Shown: positions 18,677-30,088 of the stretch, one piece after another
Layout: the number at the start of each line of letters is the position of its first letter
Numbering within the stretch: the stretch's first letter is position 1
NCBI RefSeq assembly: GCF_000008465.1
Contig: NC_006512.1
Coordinates: 2,460,001-2,492,000 of the forward strand
Origin: Idiomarina loihiensis L2TR
GTDB lineage: Bacteria > Pseudomonadota > Gammaproteobacteria > Enterobacterales > Alteromonadaceae
Length of the DNA: 32,000 nucleotides
Direction: 5' to 3'
Made by a program: the position numbers and the translations under genes
The notes under the pieces: generated by a model
What the model saw: the letters and a program-made list of their open reading frames with translations, nothing else
Databases searched by the model: none
Told to the model about the DNA's origin: nothing

Positions 18677-19528
18677 CTACTCACCAACTAACCAGCGACT
18701 GTGAAAGTTGGCACCTTTATCCTGAGCCAGAGTCTTGCACAACACGGGTAACAGATGCTCGCTGTCCTGTACCACGCCATAAGGCGGATTAACCCAGAGA
18801 AAGCCACAGCCGTGAAGCCCTTTACGCTCATCATTGGTGCGTATATTCAGCTCCATGATCAGAGTCTTAGGCAGATCCGACAAAGCGCCAACGTCGCGAT
18901 GAAAAGCCGCCGTTTTCAGCTCATCTTTAATGGGATACCAAACCGCAAAGCTGCCGCTTTTCCAGCGTTTTAAGCCCTGTTCAAGCGCGCTGACCACATC
19001 GTCAAACTCCGTGGTGTTTTCAAAAGGCGGGTCAATAAGCACCAAACCGCGCTTTTCAGCCGGGGGCAGTTGCGCACGCACAGCCTGATAACCGTCCATA
19101 GGAGCCAGTATTTGCACTTGTTTGTGTCGCCCCAAGGGGGTGTTTTTAAGAGTCTCTGCGTCTTCTTTATGCAGTTCACAAACAACTAACCGGTCATTTT
19201 CGCGTAAAAATTCAGAAGTTATGACCGGTGAACCGGGGTAATACCGAAGCTTATCCTGCTCTTCGTTTAATTGACGCACGGTGCTTAAGTATGCGGCGGC
19301 TAAAGGCTCTTCAGCTGAGTGCTCAGCAAAACGAACAATGCCCTGCTCAGCTTCAGCAGTTCTTATTGCCTGATCGCCTTGCAAATCGTAGTAGCCTATA
19401 CCACCGTGAGTATCGAGTACGAAGTAGGGCTTATTCTTTTGCTGAAAATACTCTAGCGCCCGCGCCAACAGCAAATGCTTAAAAACATCGGCAAAATTGC
19501 CAGCATGAAAAATGTGTCGATAATTCAA
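18677..19528 (-). CDS. rlmJ: 23S rRNA (adenine2030-N6)-methyltransferase
   Basis: 283 aa. The N-terminal YRH.FHAGN.ADV.KH and the motif IDPP(F/Y)E are present. It has a TTG start 3 nt after the yhfA stop. Its stop abuts the prk stop with no intergenic base. Confidence 0.9.
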   Translation of the reverse strand: MNYRHIFHAGNFADVFKHLLLARALEYFQQKNKPYFVLDTHGGIGYYDLQGDQAIRTAEAEQGIVRFAEHSAEEPLAAAYLSTVRQLNEEQDKLRYYPGSPVITSEFLRENDRLVVCELHKEDAETLKNTPLGRHKQVQILAPMDGYQAVRAQLPPAEKRGLVLIDPPFENTTEFDDVVSALEQGLKRWKSGSFAVWYPIKDELKTAAFHRDVGALSDLPKTLIMELNIRTNDERKGLHGCGFLWVNPPYGVVQDSEHLLPVLCKTLAQDKGANFHSRWLVGE

Positions 19529-19531
19529 AGA

Positions 19532-19963
19532 TCAGTCGTCTTGTTGAGGGGATTCAATACGGTAACTGTGGGTAATATTAACCGAAGCTTCCAGCATCTT
19601 AGCCACCGAACAGTACTTGTCGGCTGACAGTTTCACCGCACGCTCTACGTGCTTTTCGTTGATATCGGTGCCCACGACCACGAACTCCAGATGAATGTCA
19701 GTAAAAACCTTTGGTACTGAATCGGCACGTGTCCCTGACAACTCACAATAGCAGCGCTGAAAGTTCTGCTTAGCTTTTTGCAATATACTGACCACGTCAA
19801 CTGACGCGCAGCTTCCTGCCGACATTAGCACCATTTCCATAGGGCTGGGCGCCTTGCCCGGGCTGTCACCATCCATAACCACTTGATGACCACTACCTGA
19901 GGTAGCCACAAAAGTCATGCCCTCTACCCAGGTGACCTTTGCATTCATGCTATTTGCTGACAT
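19532..19963 (-). CDS. yhfA: OsmC family protein (YhfA-like)
   Basis: 143 aa, collinear with E. coli YhfA: KAPSPMEMVLM.AG.C...DVVSILQK and LSA.KYCSVA.MLE..VNITHSY. Confidence 0.9.
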   Translation of the reverse strand: MSANSMNAKVTWVEGMTFVATSGSGHQVVMDGDSPGKAPSPMEMVLMSAGSCASVDVVSILQKAKQNFQRCYCELSGTRADSVPKVFTDIHLEFVVVGTDINEKHVERAVKLSADKYCSVAKMLEASVNITHSYRIESPQQDD

Positions 19964-19992
19964 TGAAGATCCTTGCTGAACTCAATAAAAGA

Positions 19993-20343
19993 CTACAGTC
20001 GGTAACTTTGCAGACGCTCATCGAAAAGGTTTTTTACCAGACCGACAAACTCGTTAATGAAGGCTTCCTGCTGCGGAGTCGGGTGTGTATCCAGAACTTT
20101 CGATAACACTTCTTCTAAATCGTAAACGATAGCATCCGTTTCCCGGACAATATCCAGCCGCACAGCCTCATCAAGCTCATTCTGCTCAAACACTGCCATC
20201 ATGCTTTCTGACAAGCGCTCTTCCATAAAGTCGCGCAAAGTGTAATCCGCAGTTCTTGCGCTGCTACTTTGTTCAGTGAAGACCGGTAACTGACCTGTCA
20301 GGTACTGGATTAACTCAATGTATCCGTCTGTTTCAACTATCAT
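19993..20343 (-). CDS. Hypothetical small acidic cytoplasmic protein
   Basis: 116-aa ORF, co-directional with and between astD and yhfA. By my count it has about 24 D/E versus 9 K/R. There is no TM segment or signal peptide, and no motif I recognise. Confidence 0.6.
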   Translation of the reverse strand: MIVETDGYIELIQYLTGQLPVFTEQSSSARTADYTLRDFMEERLSESMMAVFEQNELDEAVRLDIVRETDAIVYDLEEVLSKVLDTHPTPQQEAFINEFVGLVKNLFDERLQSYRL

Positions 20344-20412
20344 CTGTTTCTCTTTGTCACGCGGCCAGGCAACCCATACGTTGCCCAGCCACTAAACTAG
20401 CACAGATTGCGA

Positions 20413-21882
20413 TTAAAATTTAAGCCCTGGTGCTAAACTCTCAGGTAAGCTCATGCTGTCAGCTTCCACAGAGGCGACCGGATACGCGCAATAATCCGCC
20501 GCATAATACGCACTAGCGCGATGATTACCGCTTGCGCCAATACCACCAAAAGGTGCGGCACTGCTGGCACCAGTAATCGGCTTATTCCAATTCACAATAC
20601 CTGCACGAATGTGTTTAAAGAAGTAACGATAGGTTTGTTCATCGTCACACAATACACCAGCAGACAAACCATAACGCGTGTTGTTCGCTTCTTTAATAGC
20701 CGCATCGATATCTTTAAAACGATACACTTTCAATAATGGTCCGAAATGCTCCTCGTCCGGTAAATCTTCAACTCCGGTTACATCCACAATACCCGGAGTG
20801 ACAAAGCCTTTCTTCGAATCGGTCTGCTTCATACGAACTAATGACTTAGCTCCTTTATGTAACAGCTCATTCTGTGCATCGACCATTTCGCCCGCAGCTT
20901 TAGCAGAAATCATGGCACCCATGAATGGCTGTGGATCAGCTTCGTAGTCGTCGACCAGAATATTCTCAGTCACTTCAATGAGGCGTTCCAGTACAGCACG
21001 GCCTTGCTCAGAATCTTCGATGAACAAGCGACGTGCACAAGTGCAGCGCTGACCAGAAGTGATGAAAGCCGATTGCACAATATTGTGCACCGCTGCATCA
21101 ACATCAGCCACATTAGTCACCAATAATGGGTTATTACCGCCCATTTCCAGTGCCAGAATTTTATCCGGGCGACCGCCAAACTGTTTGTGTAACAGGTGAC
21201 CAGTGTTTGATGAGCCGGTGAAATACAGACCGTCAATTTGTGGATGCGCTGACAATGCTTTACCCGTATCAACTTCGCCCTGAACCAGGTTGAGAACACC
21301 CGCTGGAATGCCTGCTTTTTCCCATAACTTCACGGTTTCCTGAGCCACCATAGGAGTCAGTTCGCTTGGCTTGAACACCACAGTGTTACCCGCAATAAGC
21401 GCCGGTACAATGTGCCCGTTAGGCAAATGCCCCGGGAAGTTATAAGGGCCATAAACAGCGACCACACCGTGCGGCTTGTGGCGGATAAAGGCTTTTGCGC
21501 CCGGCATGTCGTTTTCCACGGTACCGGTGCGTTCATGGTAAGCACGCTCGGAAATAGCCACTTTACCCATCATAGCGCCAACTTCGGTGCGAGTTTCCCA
21601 AACGGGTTTGCCGGTTTCTTTAGCCATGGTACGAGCCAAGTGCTCTTTATTTTCTTCCAGCAATTCAGAGAATTTTTGGCAAATAGCCAAGCGTTCTTCA
21701 ACACTGCGACCAGACCAGTCCGGAAATGCCGCCCGTGCTGCCAGAATGGCCTTTTCAACCTGAGTTTCACTGGCAGCTTCGCCACTCCAGATAACTTCGT
21801 TTCGTGCTGGATCAATCGATTTGAACAACTGGCCTTCGCCAGCTTCCCAACAACCGTCAATAAATTGAATACTGTTCGTCAT
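20413..21882 (-). CDS. astD: Succinylglutamate-semialdehyde dehydrogenase
   Basis: 489 aa, collinear with E. coli AstD: [42 protein letters not shown] and NWNKP.TGAS..APFGG.GASGNHR. Confidence 0.95.
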   Translation of the reverse strand: MTNSIQFIDGCWEAGEGQLFKSIDPARNEVIWSGEAASETQVEKAILAARAAFPDWSGRSVEERLAICQKFSELLEENKEHLARTMAKETGKPVWETRTEVGAMMGKVAISERAYHERTGTVENDMPGAKAFIRHKPHGVVAVYGPYNFPGHLPNGHIVPALIAGNTVVFKPSELTPMVAQETVKLWEKAGIPAGVLNLVQGEVDTGKALSAHPQIDGLYFTGSSNTGHLLHKQFGGRPDKILALEMGGNNPLLVTNVADVDAAVHNIVQSAFITSGQRCTCARRLFIEDSEQGRAVLERLIEVTENILVDDYEADPQPFMGAMISAKAAGEMVDAQNELLHKGAKSLVRMKQTDSKKGFVTPGIVDVTGVEDLPDEEHFGPLLKVYRFKDIDAAIKEANNTRYGLSAGVLCDDEQTYRYFFKHIRAGIVNWNKPITGASSAAPFGGIGASGNHRASAYYAADYCAYPVASVEADSMSLPESLAPGLKF

Positions 21883-21896
21883 ACAAATACTCCTGC

Positions 21897-22919
21897 TTAG
21901 AGTGCAACAATGCGGGCTTCATCGCCGCTTTCTAAATGCATTGCCTGGGCTTGTTCTGTCGTCAATATGAGCTCGTCTGCACCTGCCGGTAAAGACAGTT
22001 TGGTTGCGCGGAAGTTCTTCAGTTGCGTGTTGCAGACAATATGAGGAATACCTTCATCTTCCGCTGCAGATCCGCTGACAGTTACCGTCACTAAACGACT
22101 GTTACGGACACTATTAAGATTACACACTTCGGCTTCAACCGTTGGCCCTGCGTCAAATATATCGACGAAGCCTCTGAACCGGAAACCTTCCGACTCCAAC
22201 AATTTCAGTGCCGGGCGGGTATTGTCGTGAACTTTACCGACAACCGCCTGCGCTTCCTTACTCAACAAGTTGGTATAAATAGGGAAGCGTGGCATCAATT
22301 CAGAAATAAAGACTTTATCACCAATGCCGCTTAAGTAATCGGCTTTAGGAAAGTCCATCGAGAAAAAGTTCTCTTCCAGCCAGTTCCAGAATGGCGAATC
22401 CCCATTTTCATCTGAAACACCGCGCATTTCGGCTATTACCCAGTCGCTGAAACGCTGTTTAAACTGCGCTAAAAACAGCATACGGAAACGAGACAAAGTA
22501 CGTCCGTTCATATTGTGCCGGTAGGGTTCACGCAAAAATAGGGTGCATAGCTCAGAAACACCTGTGTAGTCATTACACAAGGTTAAGGTTTCCAGCGCAT
22601 TATAAATATTAAGCTTTTCTGAATGATGCACAACTTTACCCAAACGGTAATGCCAGAAGGCTTCATTCAAACCCACCGCAGCTTCAATACCACTGACACC
22701 TGCAATAGTACCGGTTTCGGTATCTTCCATAACAAACAGGTAGCTTTCATCGCCCGGTGTTTCAACGGTGTCTTTAGCGAATGCTTTTTGCGCCGCATTA
22801 ATGCGGCGCTCCAGCAGCGACTGGTCTACCGGTAAGGAAGTAAAACCATGACCGGATTCAATCGCGCACTGATATAACGCTTCGTAATCTGACGGCTTAA
22901 TGGGTCTGATTAGCAACAT
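21897..22919 (-). CDS. astA: Arginine N-succinyltransferase
   Basis: 340 aa, collinear with E. coli AstA: IRP....[22 protein letters not shown] and FFSMDF..AD. Confidence 0.95.
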   Translation of the reverse strand: MLLIRPIKPSDYEALYQCAIESGHGFTSLPVDQSLLERRINAAQKAFAKDTVETPGDESYLFVMEDTETGTIAGVSGIEAAVGLNEAFWHYRLGKVVHHSEKLNIYNALETLTLCNDYTGVSELCTLFLREPYRHNMNGRTLSRFRMLFLAQFKQRFSDWVIAEMRGVSDENGDSPFWNWLEENFFSMDFPKADYLSGIGDKVFISELMPRFPIYTNLLSKEAQAVVGKVHDNTRPALKLLESEGFRFRGFVDIFDAGPTVEAEVCNLNSVRNSRLVTVTVSGSAAEDEGIPHIVCNTQLKNFRATKLSLPAGADELILTTEQAQAMHLESGDEARIVAL

Positions 22920-22932
22920 AAAACAGCCTCAG

Positions 22933-24177
<1,245 letters not shown>

Positions 24178-24336
24178 TTAACAAAGGTGTCAACAAATTC
24201 ATCTCTAAAAGTAGCCGGCTATTATGCCAAAATTTGTGCAGTTTGTCTGTGATAATTCGGTTATAAATCCCTAATCCCGAGGGTTTACGCTTTTCTTGCA
24301 TAAGATACGAATAGTTATGCTAATGCATGCTGAAAC

Positions 24337-24354
24337 TATGAATCTTTAGTCATT
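24337..24354. promoter_or_regulatory. Candidate ArgR operator (ARG box) in the astC / PilZ divergent intergenic region
   Basis: TATGAATCTTTAGTCATT matches the enterobacterial ARG-box consensus TNTGAATWWWWATTCANW at all but 2 of the specified positions. A weaker second match, CCTGAATTAACATTTAAC, lies at 24382-24399. Confidence 0.3.
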
Positions 24355-24478
24355 ATTTTTTAGCGCAGAAGAAATGTACCCCCTGAATTAACATTTAACT
24401 ACGCAGAATTACATTGATTTTCAATTGGTGTTAATTTAGCCTGAATTATTGAATAAATGTTCGGCTGGAAAAGACGTT

Positions 24479-25183
24479 ATGGAAAATCAGACTCTGCCCC
24501 TGAACGCCTCATCTCAACCACAGTTAAAGCTTACCTACTTACGTCCGGGCGACATAATTGATGTTGAGTTTTCTTCGGCGACCAAGGTACGTACAAAACT
24601 TCAGGTTGTGGGCTTTGATACCGGTAACTATTTATTGTTAAAACAGCCGAATCCACGCACTGACGGCAGCTATGCCGATGTGTTATATGAAGGCAACCCG
24701 GTTATTGTTCGCTTGGTTTTAGAGGGAGAAGCGGGTGAATGCCTGGCGTTTAAAACAAAGATCCGGGCCGTCTCAAATATCCCGTTCAGGTTGCTGTATC
24801 TGGATTATCCGAAAGAAATTGAGAATCGCGCACTACGCGCACAGCGGAGGGTTCGAACACACATTCCAGTTGATGTTACTGCTGACGGCAGCCAGACTAA
24901 CGCTAAAAAGAAATTGGCCAGTGGTGTTATCGTCGATATCTCTTCTGCCGGGTGTCGAATTGTGTTTAAGGCGCAGAACCAGACAGGTAATGTCACTCAT
25001 ATGAATATAAAAATCAGTATTGGTTCTGGTTCTCAGAAAGAGCCTCTGACTCTTTCAGGTCAAATTATGAATCAGCGCAAAGAGCATGGAATGATAAGTG
25101 TTGGCGTGCGCTTCACTGACGAGGAAGCGCATATCGGTAAAGTGTTCGAGCATTTATTAATCGACACCGAGTTTGAGTGCTGA
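24479..25183 (+). CDS. PilZ domain c-di-GMP receptor with a YcgR-like N-terminal domain
   Basis: The PilZ signatures are an arginine cluster, LRAQRRVRTH, and D.S..G as VDISSAGCRI, 30 aa downstream. An N-terminal beta-barrel-like domain sits in the YcgR arrangement. The ATG at 24479 is preferred over the track's TTG at 24449. Confidence 0.8.
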   Translation: MENQTLPLNASSQPQLKLTYLRPGDIIDVEFSSATKVRTKLQVVGFDTGNYLLLKQPNPRTDGSYADVLYEGNPVIVRLVLEGEAGECLAFKTKIRAVSNIPFRLLYLDYPKEIENRALRAQRRVRTHIPVDVTADGSQTNAKKKLASGVIVDISSAGCRIVFKAQNQTGNVTHMNIKISIGSGSQKEPLTLSGQIMNQRKEHGMISVGVRFTDEEAHIGKVFEHLLIDTEFEC

Positions 25184-25188
25184 CCTCT

Positions 25189-26361
25189 CTATTCAGGCAC
25201 GACAATTGGCGGGCGTTTTAAGCTCACATTGTGCAAGCGAGCAACAGTTTCTGATGTTATTGAATGCTTATTGAGTAGATGTTTACCCTCTTCCAGACTG
25301 GCAAGGTCCACTTCCCGCAGCATTCTGAATTCGCAATAAGCATTAGCTTGGGCTAAGGCTTCCGCGTATTCAGATTCATAGCCTTTGTCTTTCGTTTTGC
25401 TTTGCGTAAAAGCCAATAAGTGTTTGCTTACCGGAACACGCTTTAACCCCCAGCCTTCAGCAACCAGATAACTCACGTCTTTATCCTTTTCCAGCATTAA
25501 GTCGCGTAGAAAGCGTTCGTCAGGAGTTAAAGTGACAATAGTATTGTGGCGCTCGGGTGACTTATCGTTAACGCTTTGCATAGCGAATTCGCGCTGCACA
25601 TCATCAAATAAACGCAAATACAGCTTGGTTAAGGCAATTTTCCCCAGTTCATGGAACATACCAATGGTATAGGCTAGAACCGGATCTCGCAGGTTACGCT
25701 CTACCGCAATATTGTGTGCAGCAATAGCCGTACCCAGGGAATGCTCCCAAATTTTGCGACGGAATAAGGTGAAGGGTTGTGTGGCCGGCGGCAGCCAGTT
25801 TTGCATAATATAAGCAGGAGCCAGCAGGCGTAGGTTTTCGGTGCCCACAAAGCTCATGGCTACCCTAAGGTTATCAATTTTCACCTGCTTATTCCGGTCG
25901 ATAAACGGTGGTTGATTGACCGTACGGATTAACCCCGTATGAAACCAGTCCATACCTTGCACAACGGATTCAATCCGGCGCATAGAAGCAGCTTTCATGC
26001 TAAGCGTATCCAGCAATTCAGGTAGCTTTTCAGGTAATGGGATCAAGCGTTCGCGAATGTAGTCACCATCTTCGATGGTTTTCAACGCACGATGATAAAT
26101 CTCTTCATGCAATTCATCGGAAATACGATCGGCGTAACGTTGGCGCGCTTGCGCTTTACGGTCGCGCTCTTCGTAATTCAGACGCTCAACTTCTAAAAGC
26201 TTACGTCGCTGCTCATGCTCTTCATCGTCGGTACCATCTTCTTTTGAGCGAGTTTTACGCGCAAACGGAAAGCTTATCAGATAGTTGATAAAGCGTTTTT
26301 CTAAGCGCAGGGCGGGATCATTACTACCGCCTTCTGTGGTACCCGCAAAAAAGTGGAACAT
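25189..26361 (-). CDS. HDOD domain signalling protein with a charged N-terminal extension
   Basis: 390 aa. The HDOD-like core runs LPE.LPELL......A....IE.V......... to VG...L..LA, then W.HSLGTA..A......L.DP..AY..GM.H.LGK. The N-terminal ~100 aa are rich in E/R/K/D. GAGGT lies 4 nt upstream of the ATG. Confidence 0.7.
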   Translation of the reverse strand: MFHFFAGTTEGGSNDPALRLEKRFINYLISFPFARKTRSKEDGTDDEEHEQRRKLLEVERLNYEERDRKAQARQRYADRISDELHEEIYHRALKTIEDGDYIRERLIPLPEKLPELLDTLSMKAASMRRIESVVQGMDWFHTGLIRTVNQPPFIDRNKQVKIDNLRVAMSFVGTENLRLLAPAYIMQNWLPPATQPFTLFRRKIWEHSLGTAIAAHNIAVERNLRDPVLAYTIGMFHELGKIALTKLYLRLFDDVQREFAMQSVNDKSPERHNTIVTLTPDERFLRDLMLEKDKDVSYLVAEGWGLKRVPVSKHLLAFTQSKTKDKGYESEYAEALAQANAYCEFRMLREVDLASLEEGKHLLNKHSITSETVARLHNVSLKRPPIVVPE

Positions 26362-26429
26362 GTTACCTCGGTATTAGCTGAACTGCGGCAGTATTATGTT
26401 GAATAAGCAGAGAAAATACTACTTACTGA

Positions 26430-27011
26430 TTATCGTATATAACGTAAAAAATTCGCTAACAGATTATGTCCTTGTGCTGTCATCACAGACTCGGGATGAA
26501 ACTGAACACCAAACAGCGGCAAATGCCGGTGCCTTATTGCCATAATCTCGCGCTGACCTTTTTCGGTTCCTGTATCGGCATCAATGACAAAATCTGTTGA
26601 TAAGCTTTCAGGAGAAACAACAAGGGAATGGTAACGGGTCACTTCTAATGGGTTATTCAGCTGTCGGAAAAGTCCTTCGCCGGAGTGTTTAATCACACTG
26701 GTTTTTCCATGCATAACTTTTTCTGCCCGAACAACGTTTGCACCAAAAACCTGTGCCAATGCCTGATGACCAAGACACACACCTAATATTGGCAGCTTAG
26801 TCTGAAAGTGCTCAATAGCAGCTAAAGATATTCCCGACTCGTTGGGAGTACAGGGGCCAGGTGATATAACAAGTGCTTGCGGCGCTAACTGCTCTATGTC
26901 GGTAAGGGTTAATTCATTATTCCTGAAAACACTAACGTCTTCGCCTAATTCCCGAAAGTAGCGTGCAAGGTTGTGAGTAAATGAATCAAAGTTATCAATT
27001 AAAACAATCAT
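26430..27011 (-). CDS. pabA: Aminodeoxychorismate/anthranilate synthase glutamine amidotransferase component II
   Basis: 193 aa, collinear with E. coli PabA: [25 protein letters not shown] and the catalytic FHPES. It lies near argD/astC, as in E. coli. Confidence 0.92.
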   Translation of the reverse strand: MIVLIDNFDSFTHNLARYFRELGEDVSVFRNNELTLTDIEQLAPQALVISPGPCTPNESGISLAAIEHFQTKLPILGVCLGHQALAQVFGANVVRAEKVMHGKTSVIKHSGEGLFRQLNNPLEVTRYHSLVVSPESLSTDFVIDADTGTEKGQREIMAIRHRHLPLFGVQFHPESVMTAQGHNLLANFLRYIR

Positions 27012-27015
27012 ACTG

Positions 27016-29061
27016 CTAGGACAGCCGCTCGCTTAACCAGTCTTTAAAATGGACTGGCCGGGCAAAGTAGAACCCCTGCAATAAATCAGCGCCATTTTCT
27101 TTCAGCAATTTAACCTGAGTTTCAGTTTCTACGCCTTCTGCTACCGAGGAAACCGATAGAGATTTAGTCATATTCAGCATAGCCAGCAGCAGACCCATAT
27201 GTTTGTCATTCACTTCCGCCAGTTGAACAAACTCTCGGTCTATTTTTAGCTCGCCTATTGGCAGTTGCTGAATGCGCATGAAATTAGAATACCCAGTCCC
27301 AAAGTCATCAATAGAAAATACGACGCCGAGCTCGGCAAGCCGCGACATTGTTTGCTCGACTATTTCAGGGTCAGCTAACAGTAAGTTTTCAGTAATTTCA
27401 ATGGTCAGTTGATTCAGCGGTGCATTTTGTTCGGCAAATATTCTTTGTACCGTCTCGACATAGTCGTCTTGTAAAAACTCAATTGGACTGACATTCACCG
27501 CTATACGATCATTAAGCCCTTTATCGCTCAGCTGCCGCACAACGAAAGCGACCTGACTCAACAATTCTTTAGCCATAGGAATAATCAGCTTAAAACGCTC
27601 CGCAATTGGAATAAATTGATCTGGAGGAATGATCTCTCCGGCTTCGTTGCGCCAACGCATTAGAGCCTCTGCACCACGAACAACACCGTTGGTATCCACT
27701 TTAGACTGCAACCAGCATTCGAACTGCCCTTTACCCAAAGACGCTCGTAAGGCCACTTCGGTTTCGGCATCGGTTACAACCGAGTTGGATATTTCAGCTC
27801 GGTGTACCGCAACTTTATCCCGGCCGCTATGTCGTGCATTAGACGTTGCCGTATCGGCCTGTGACAGCAGTCCGGAAGCATTTTCATCACCTCCACTTAA
27901 ACTGACACCGACACTTGCGGTGAGATAATGCGTCTGGAATGCCGTTTTAAACGGCTCGCGCAGTACGCCGTGCAGCTTATCAATAATAGCCAGACTGGTC
28001 TCGGTAGAGTCCTGCATAACCCCCACCCAAAATCTGTCACCAAGATCTCTCGCTATCCAGCCCGAATCGCCAATGGTTTTTCTCATTCGTTGAGCAATTA
28101 GCTGAATAACGCGGTCACCTTCCTCGTGGCCGTGAATCGTGTTAACGCGGTTAAAATAATCAATATTAACGGCAGCGACAACAATGGGTAACTGGCTTTC
28201 AATACGTTTCTCAACCAAGTCAAGAAAACGGTGACGATTTGGCAACCCCGTTTGCTCATCAAAGTTTGCTAAATATTCGAGCTTACGCGCATTTTCTTTT
28301 TGCTCGGTAATATCCCGTATAACACCGACATACTGCGTTTCACCAGAATAAGTTACCTCGGTTACCGCCAAATCAATAGGAAACACTTCTCCGGTTTTAC
28401 GCTTAGCCTGAACTTCGCGGCCAATACCAATAATGCGGGCGTGGCCTGTTTTTTGATAAGCGCTAATGTAACGGTCATGTTCACGGGCATAGGGCTCAGG
28501 CATTAGCACACTGACATTTTTACCTTTCACTTCAGCGGCGCTGTAACCGAACATGCGCTCAGCCGGCACACTAAAGTTAATAATCATGCCGTTATTGTCG
28601 ATGGTAATAACCGCATCCAGTAAATTGTCCAGTGTGCTGCGCAAGGTGTTGGCTTGCTCTTGTAACTGCTGCAAACGGTACTTTTTAACCGTAATATCTT
28701 GAATGGCACCAAACAGTGCCATGTCACCATTTTTCAGCGTTCGGGTAATGCTCGTAATAGCAATCCAGTGAATTCTTCCGTCTCTGTCTTTAAGACAACT
28801 TTCTGCAGACCAGCTATGGTGATTTTGAAAGCTTTGCTCGACCAGGTGCTCAATATTTTCACGGTATTCAGGAAGGTGAAACGCCATTGCCTGTTCATAA
28901 GTAATAGGTTCATCCTGGGCTACACCATGAATTTCTCGTAACTGAGGGCTCCAATATAAATCTCCGGACGCGGGTTCATACCAAAAGCTGCCAATGTTAG
29001 CCATGGTTTCAACACTGGTTAGCAACTCCTTTTCGCGCTGTTCCGGAGATTTATCCACCAT
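27016..29061 (-). CDS. PAS-PAS-GGDEF(degenerate)-EAL protein, predicted c-di-GMP phosphodiesterase
   Basis: 681 aa with two PAS domains (aa ~15-125 and ~138-252). The GGDEF-domain active-site motif is LGDRF (nt 28030-28044) rather than GG(D/E)EF. The EAL-domain catalytic motifs are all intact: EALMRW, N in [29 protein letters not shown] and QGFYF. The start codon is uncertain because the SD is weak. Confidence 0.9.
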   Translation of the reverse strand: MVDKSPEQREKELLTSVETMANIGSFWYEPASGDLYWSPQLREIHGVAQDEPITYEQAMAFHLPEYRENIEHLVEQSFQNHHSWSAESCLKDRDGRIHWIAITSITRTLKNGDMALFGAIQDITVKKYRLQQLQEQANTLRSTLDNLLDAVITIDNNGMIINFSVPAERMFGYSAAEVKGKNVSVLMPEPYAREHDRYISAYQKTGHARIIGIGREVQAKRKTGEVFPIDLAVTEVTYSGETQYVGVIRDITEQKENARKLEYLANFDEQTGLPNRHRFLDLVEKRIESQLPIVVAAVNIDYFNRVNTIHGHEEGDRVIQLIAQRMRKTIGDSGWIARDLGDRFWVGVMQDSTETSLAIIDKLHGVLREPFKTAFQTHYLTASVGVSLSGGDENASGLLSQADTATSNARHSGRDKVAVHRAEISNSVVTDAETEVALRASLGKGQFECWLQSKVDTNGVVRGAEALMRWRNEAGEIIPPDQFIPIAERFKLIIPMAKELLSQVAFVVRQLSDKGLNDRIAVNVSPIEFLQDDYVETVQRIFAEQNAPLNQLTIEITENLLLADPEIVEQTMSRLAELGVVFSIDDFGTGYSNFMRIQQLPIGELKIDREFVQLAEVNDKHMGLLLAMLNMTKSLSVSSVAEGVETETQVKLLKENGADLLQGFYFARPVHFKDWLSERLS

Positions 29062-29069
29062 AGTTAAAT

Positions 29070-30077
29070 TTATCCCGGGTAAGGTACAAAACCTACCGCT
29101 TTATAAACATCTGACAAAGTTTTTGCTGAGGCTTCACGTGCCTTATCAGCGCCTTGTTTCATAACCTGTTGCAAAAATGCCTGATCATTACGCATTGCGT
29201 GATACCTCTGCTGTATCGGTTCCAGCATGGCAACCACAGATTCCGCCACATCCACCTTTAGATGCCCGTACATTTTGTCTTCGTACTCAGGTACCAGCTC
29301 GTCTATCGACTTACCTGTGGCAGCTGACATAATGCTAAGCAAATTCGAGACGCCCGGCTTTTCTTCCTGATTAAAGTAAATGCGCGCCTGCTCATCAGAG
29401 TCGGTAACGGCTTTCTTAATTTTCTTCAGAATCTTCTTCGGCTCTTCCAGCAAGCCGACAAAATTATTTGGATTATCGTCCGACTTTGACATTTTCTTAG
29501 TCGGTTCCTGCAGTGACATCACCCGCGCCCCGACTTTTGGAATCATTGGTTCCGGAATCGTAAAAATATCGCCATACAAGTTATTAAAACGTTCAGCAAC
29601 ATTACGCGTCATTTCCAGGTGCTGCTTCTGGTCATCTCCCACCGGCACTTCATTCGCCTGGTACAACAGAATGTCTGCCGCCATTAGCGCCGGATAAGTG
29701 AACAAACCCGCATTAATATTACTAGCGTGACGCTGAGACTTATCCTTAAACTGCGTCATGCGGTTTAGCTCGCCCATTTGCGTGTAGCAGTTAAGCACCC
29801 AGGCTAATTGAGAATGTTCCGGCACGTGCGACTGAATAAACACCGTACTTTTTGCCGGGTCAAGGCCACAAGCCAGGTACAAAGCCAGTCCATCAAGAGT
29901 TGCTTGCTGCAGTTTCTCGGCGTCCTGGCGTACAGTAATGGCGTGCTGATCAACCAGCATAAACTTACAATCGTGAGTGTCCTGCATATTAACCCACTGA
30001 CGTAATGCGCCAATATAATTACCAATAGACAACTGTCCCGACGGCTGACAACCACTTAACACAATTGGTTTCGACAT
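29070..30077 (-). CDS. trpS: Tryptophan--tRNA ligase
   Basis: 335 aa class I aaRS with a HIGN-type motif (SIGNYIGA) and KMSKS. Confidence 0.96.
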   Translation of the reverse strand: MSKPIVLSGCQPSGQLSIGNYIGALRQWVNMQDTHDCKFMLVDQHAITVRQDAEKLQQATLDGLALYLACGLDPAKSTVFIQSHVPEHSQLAWVLNCYTQMGELNRMTQFKDKSQRHASNINAGLFTYPALMAADILLYQANEVPVGDDQKQHLEMTRNVAERFNNLYGDIFTIPEPMIPKVGARVMSLQEPTKKMSKSDDNPNNFVGLLEEPKKILKKIKKAVTDSDEQARIYFNQEEKPGVSNLLSIMSAATGKSIDELVPEYEDKMYGHLKVDVAESVVAMLEPIQQRYHAMRNDQAFLQQVMKQGADKAREASAKTLSDVYKAVGFVPYPG

Positions 30078-30088
30078 TACTGTTTCCT

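Noticed and set aside
20368-20385. GGCAAC-ccatac-GTTGCC hairpin between astD and the 116-aa ORF
   Set aside because: Only 6 bp pair cleanly, the flanks mismatch, and no U-tract follows. This is not convincing as a terminator or attenuator.
21412-21900. 162-aa plus-strand ORF, the longest of many antisense or alternate-frame track ORFs. Others include 425-730, 1712-2026, 3386-3721, 13116-13364, 27629-27928 and 29380-29697.
   Set aside because: All lie wholly inside strongly supported genes on the other strand or in another frame. Their composition is low-complexity or Arg/Ser/Thr/Cys-skewed, and none has an SD sequence. They are the shadow ORFs expected at this GC content.
24425-24441. GG-N10-GC spacing (TTGGTGTTAATTTAGCC) upstream of the PilZ gene, considered as a sigma54 promoter
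   Set aside because: Only the GG and GC dinucleotides and a few flanking bases match TGGCAC-N5-TTGCA. No enhancer-binding-protein gene is nearby. The match is too weak to report.
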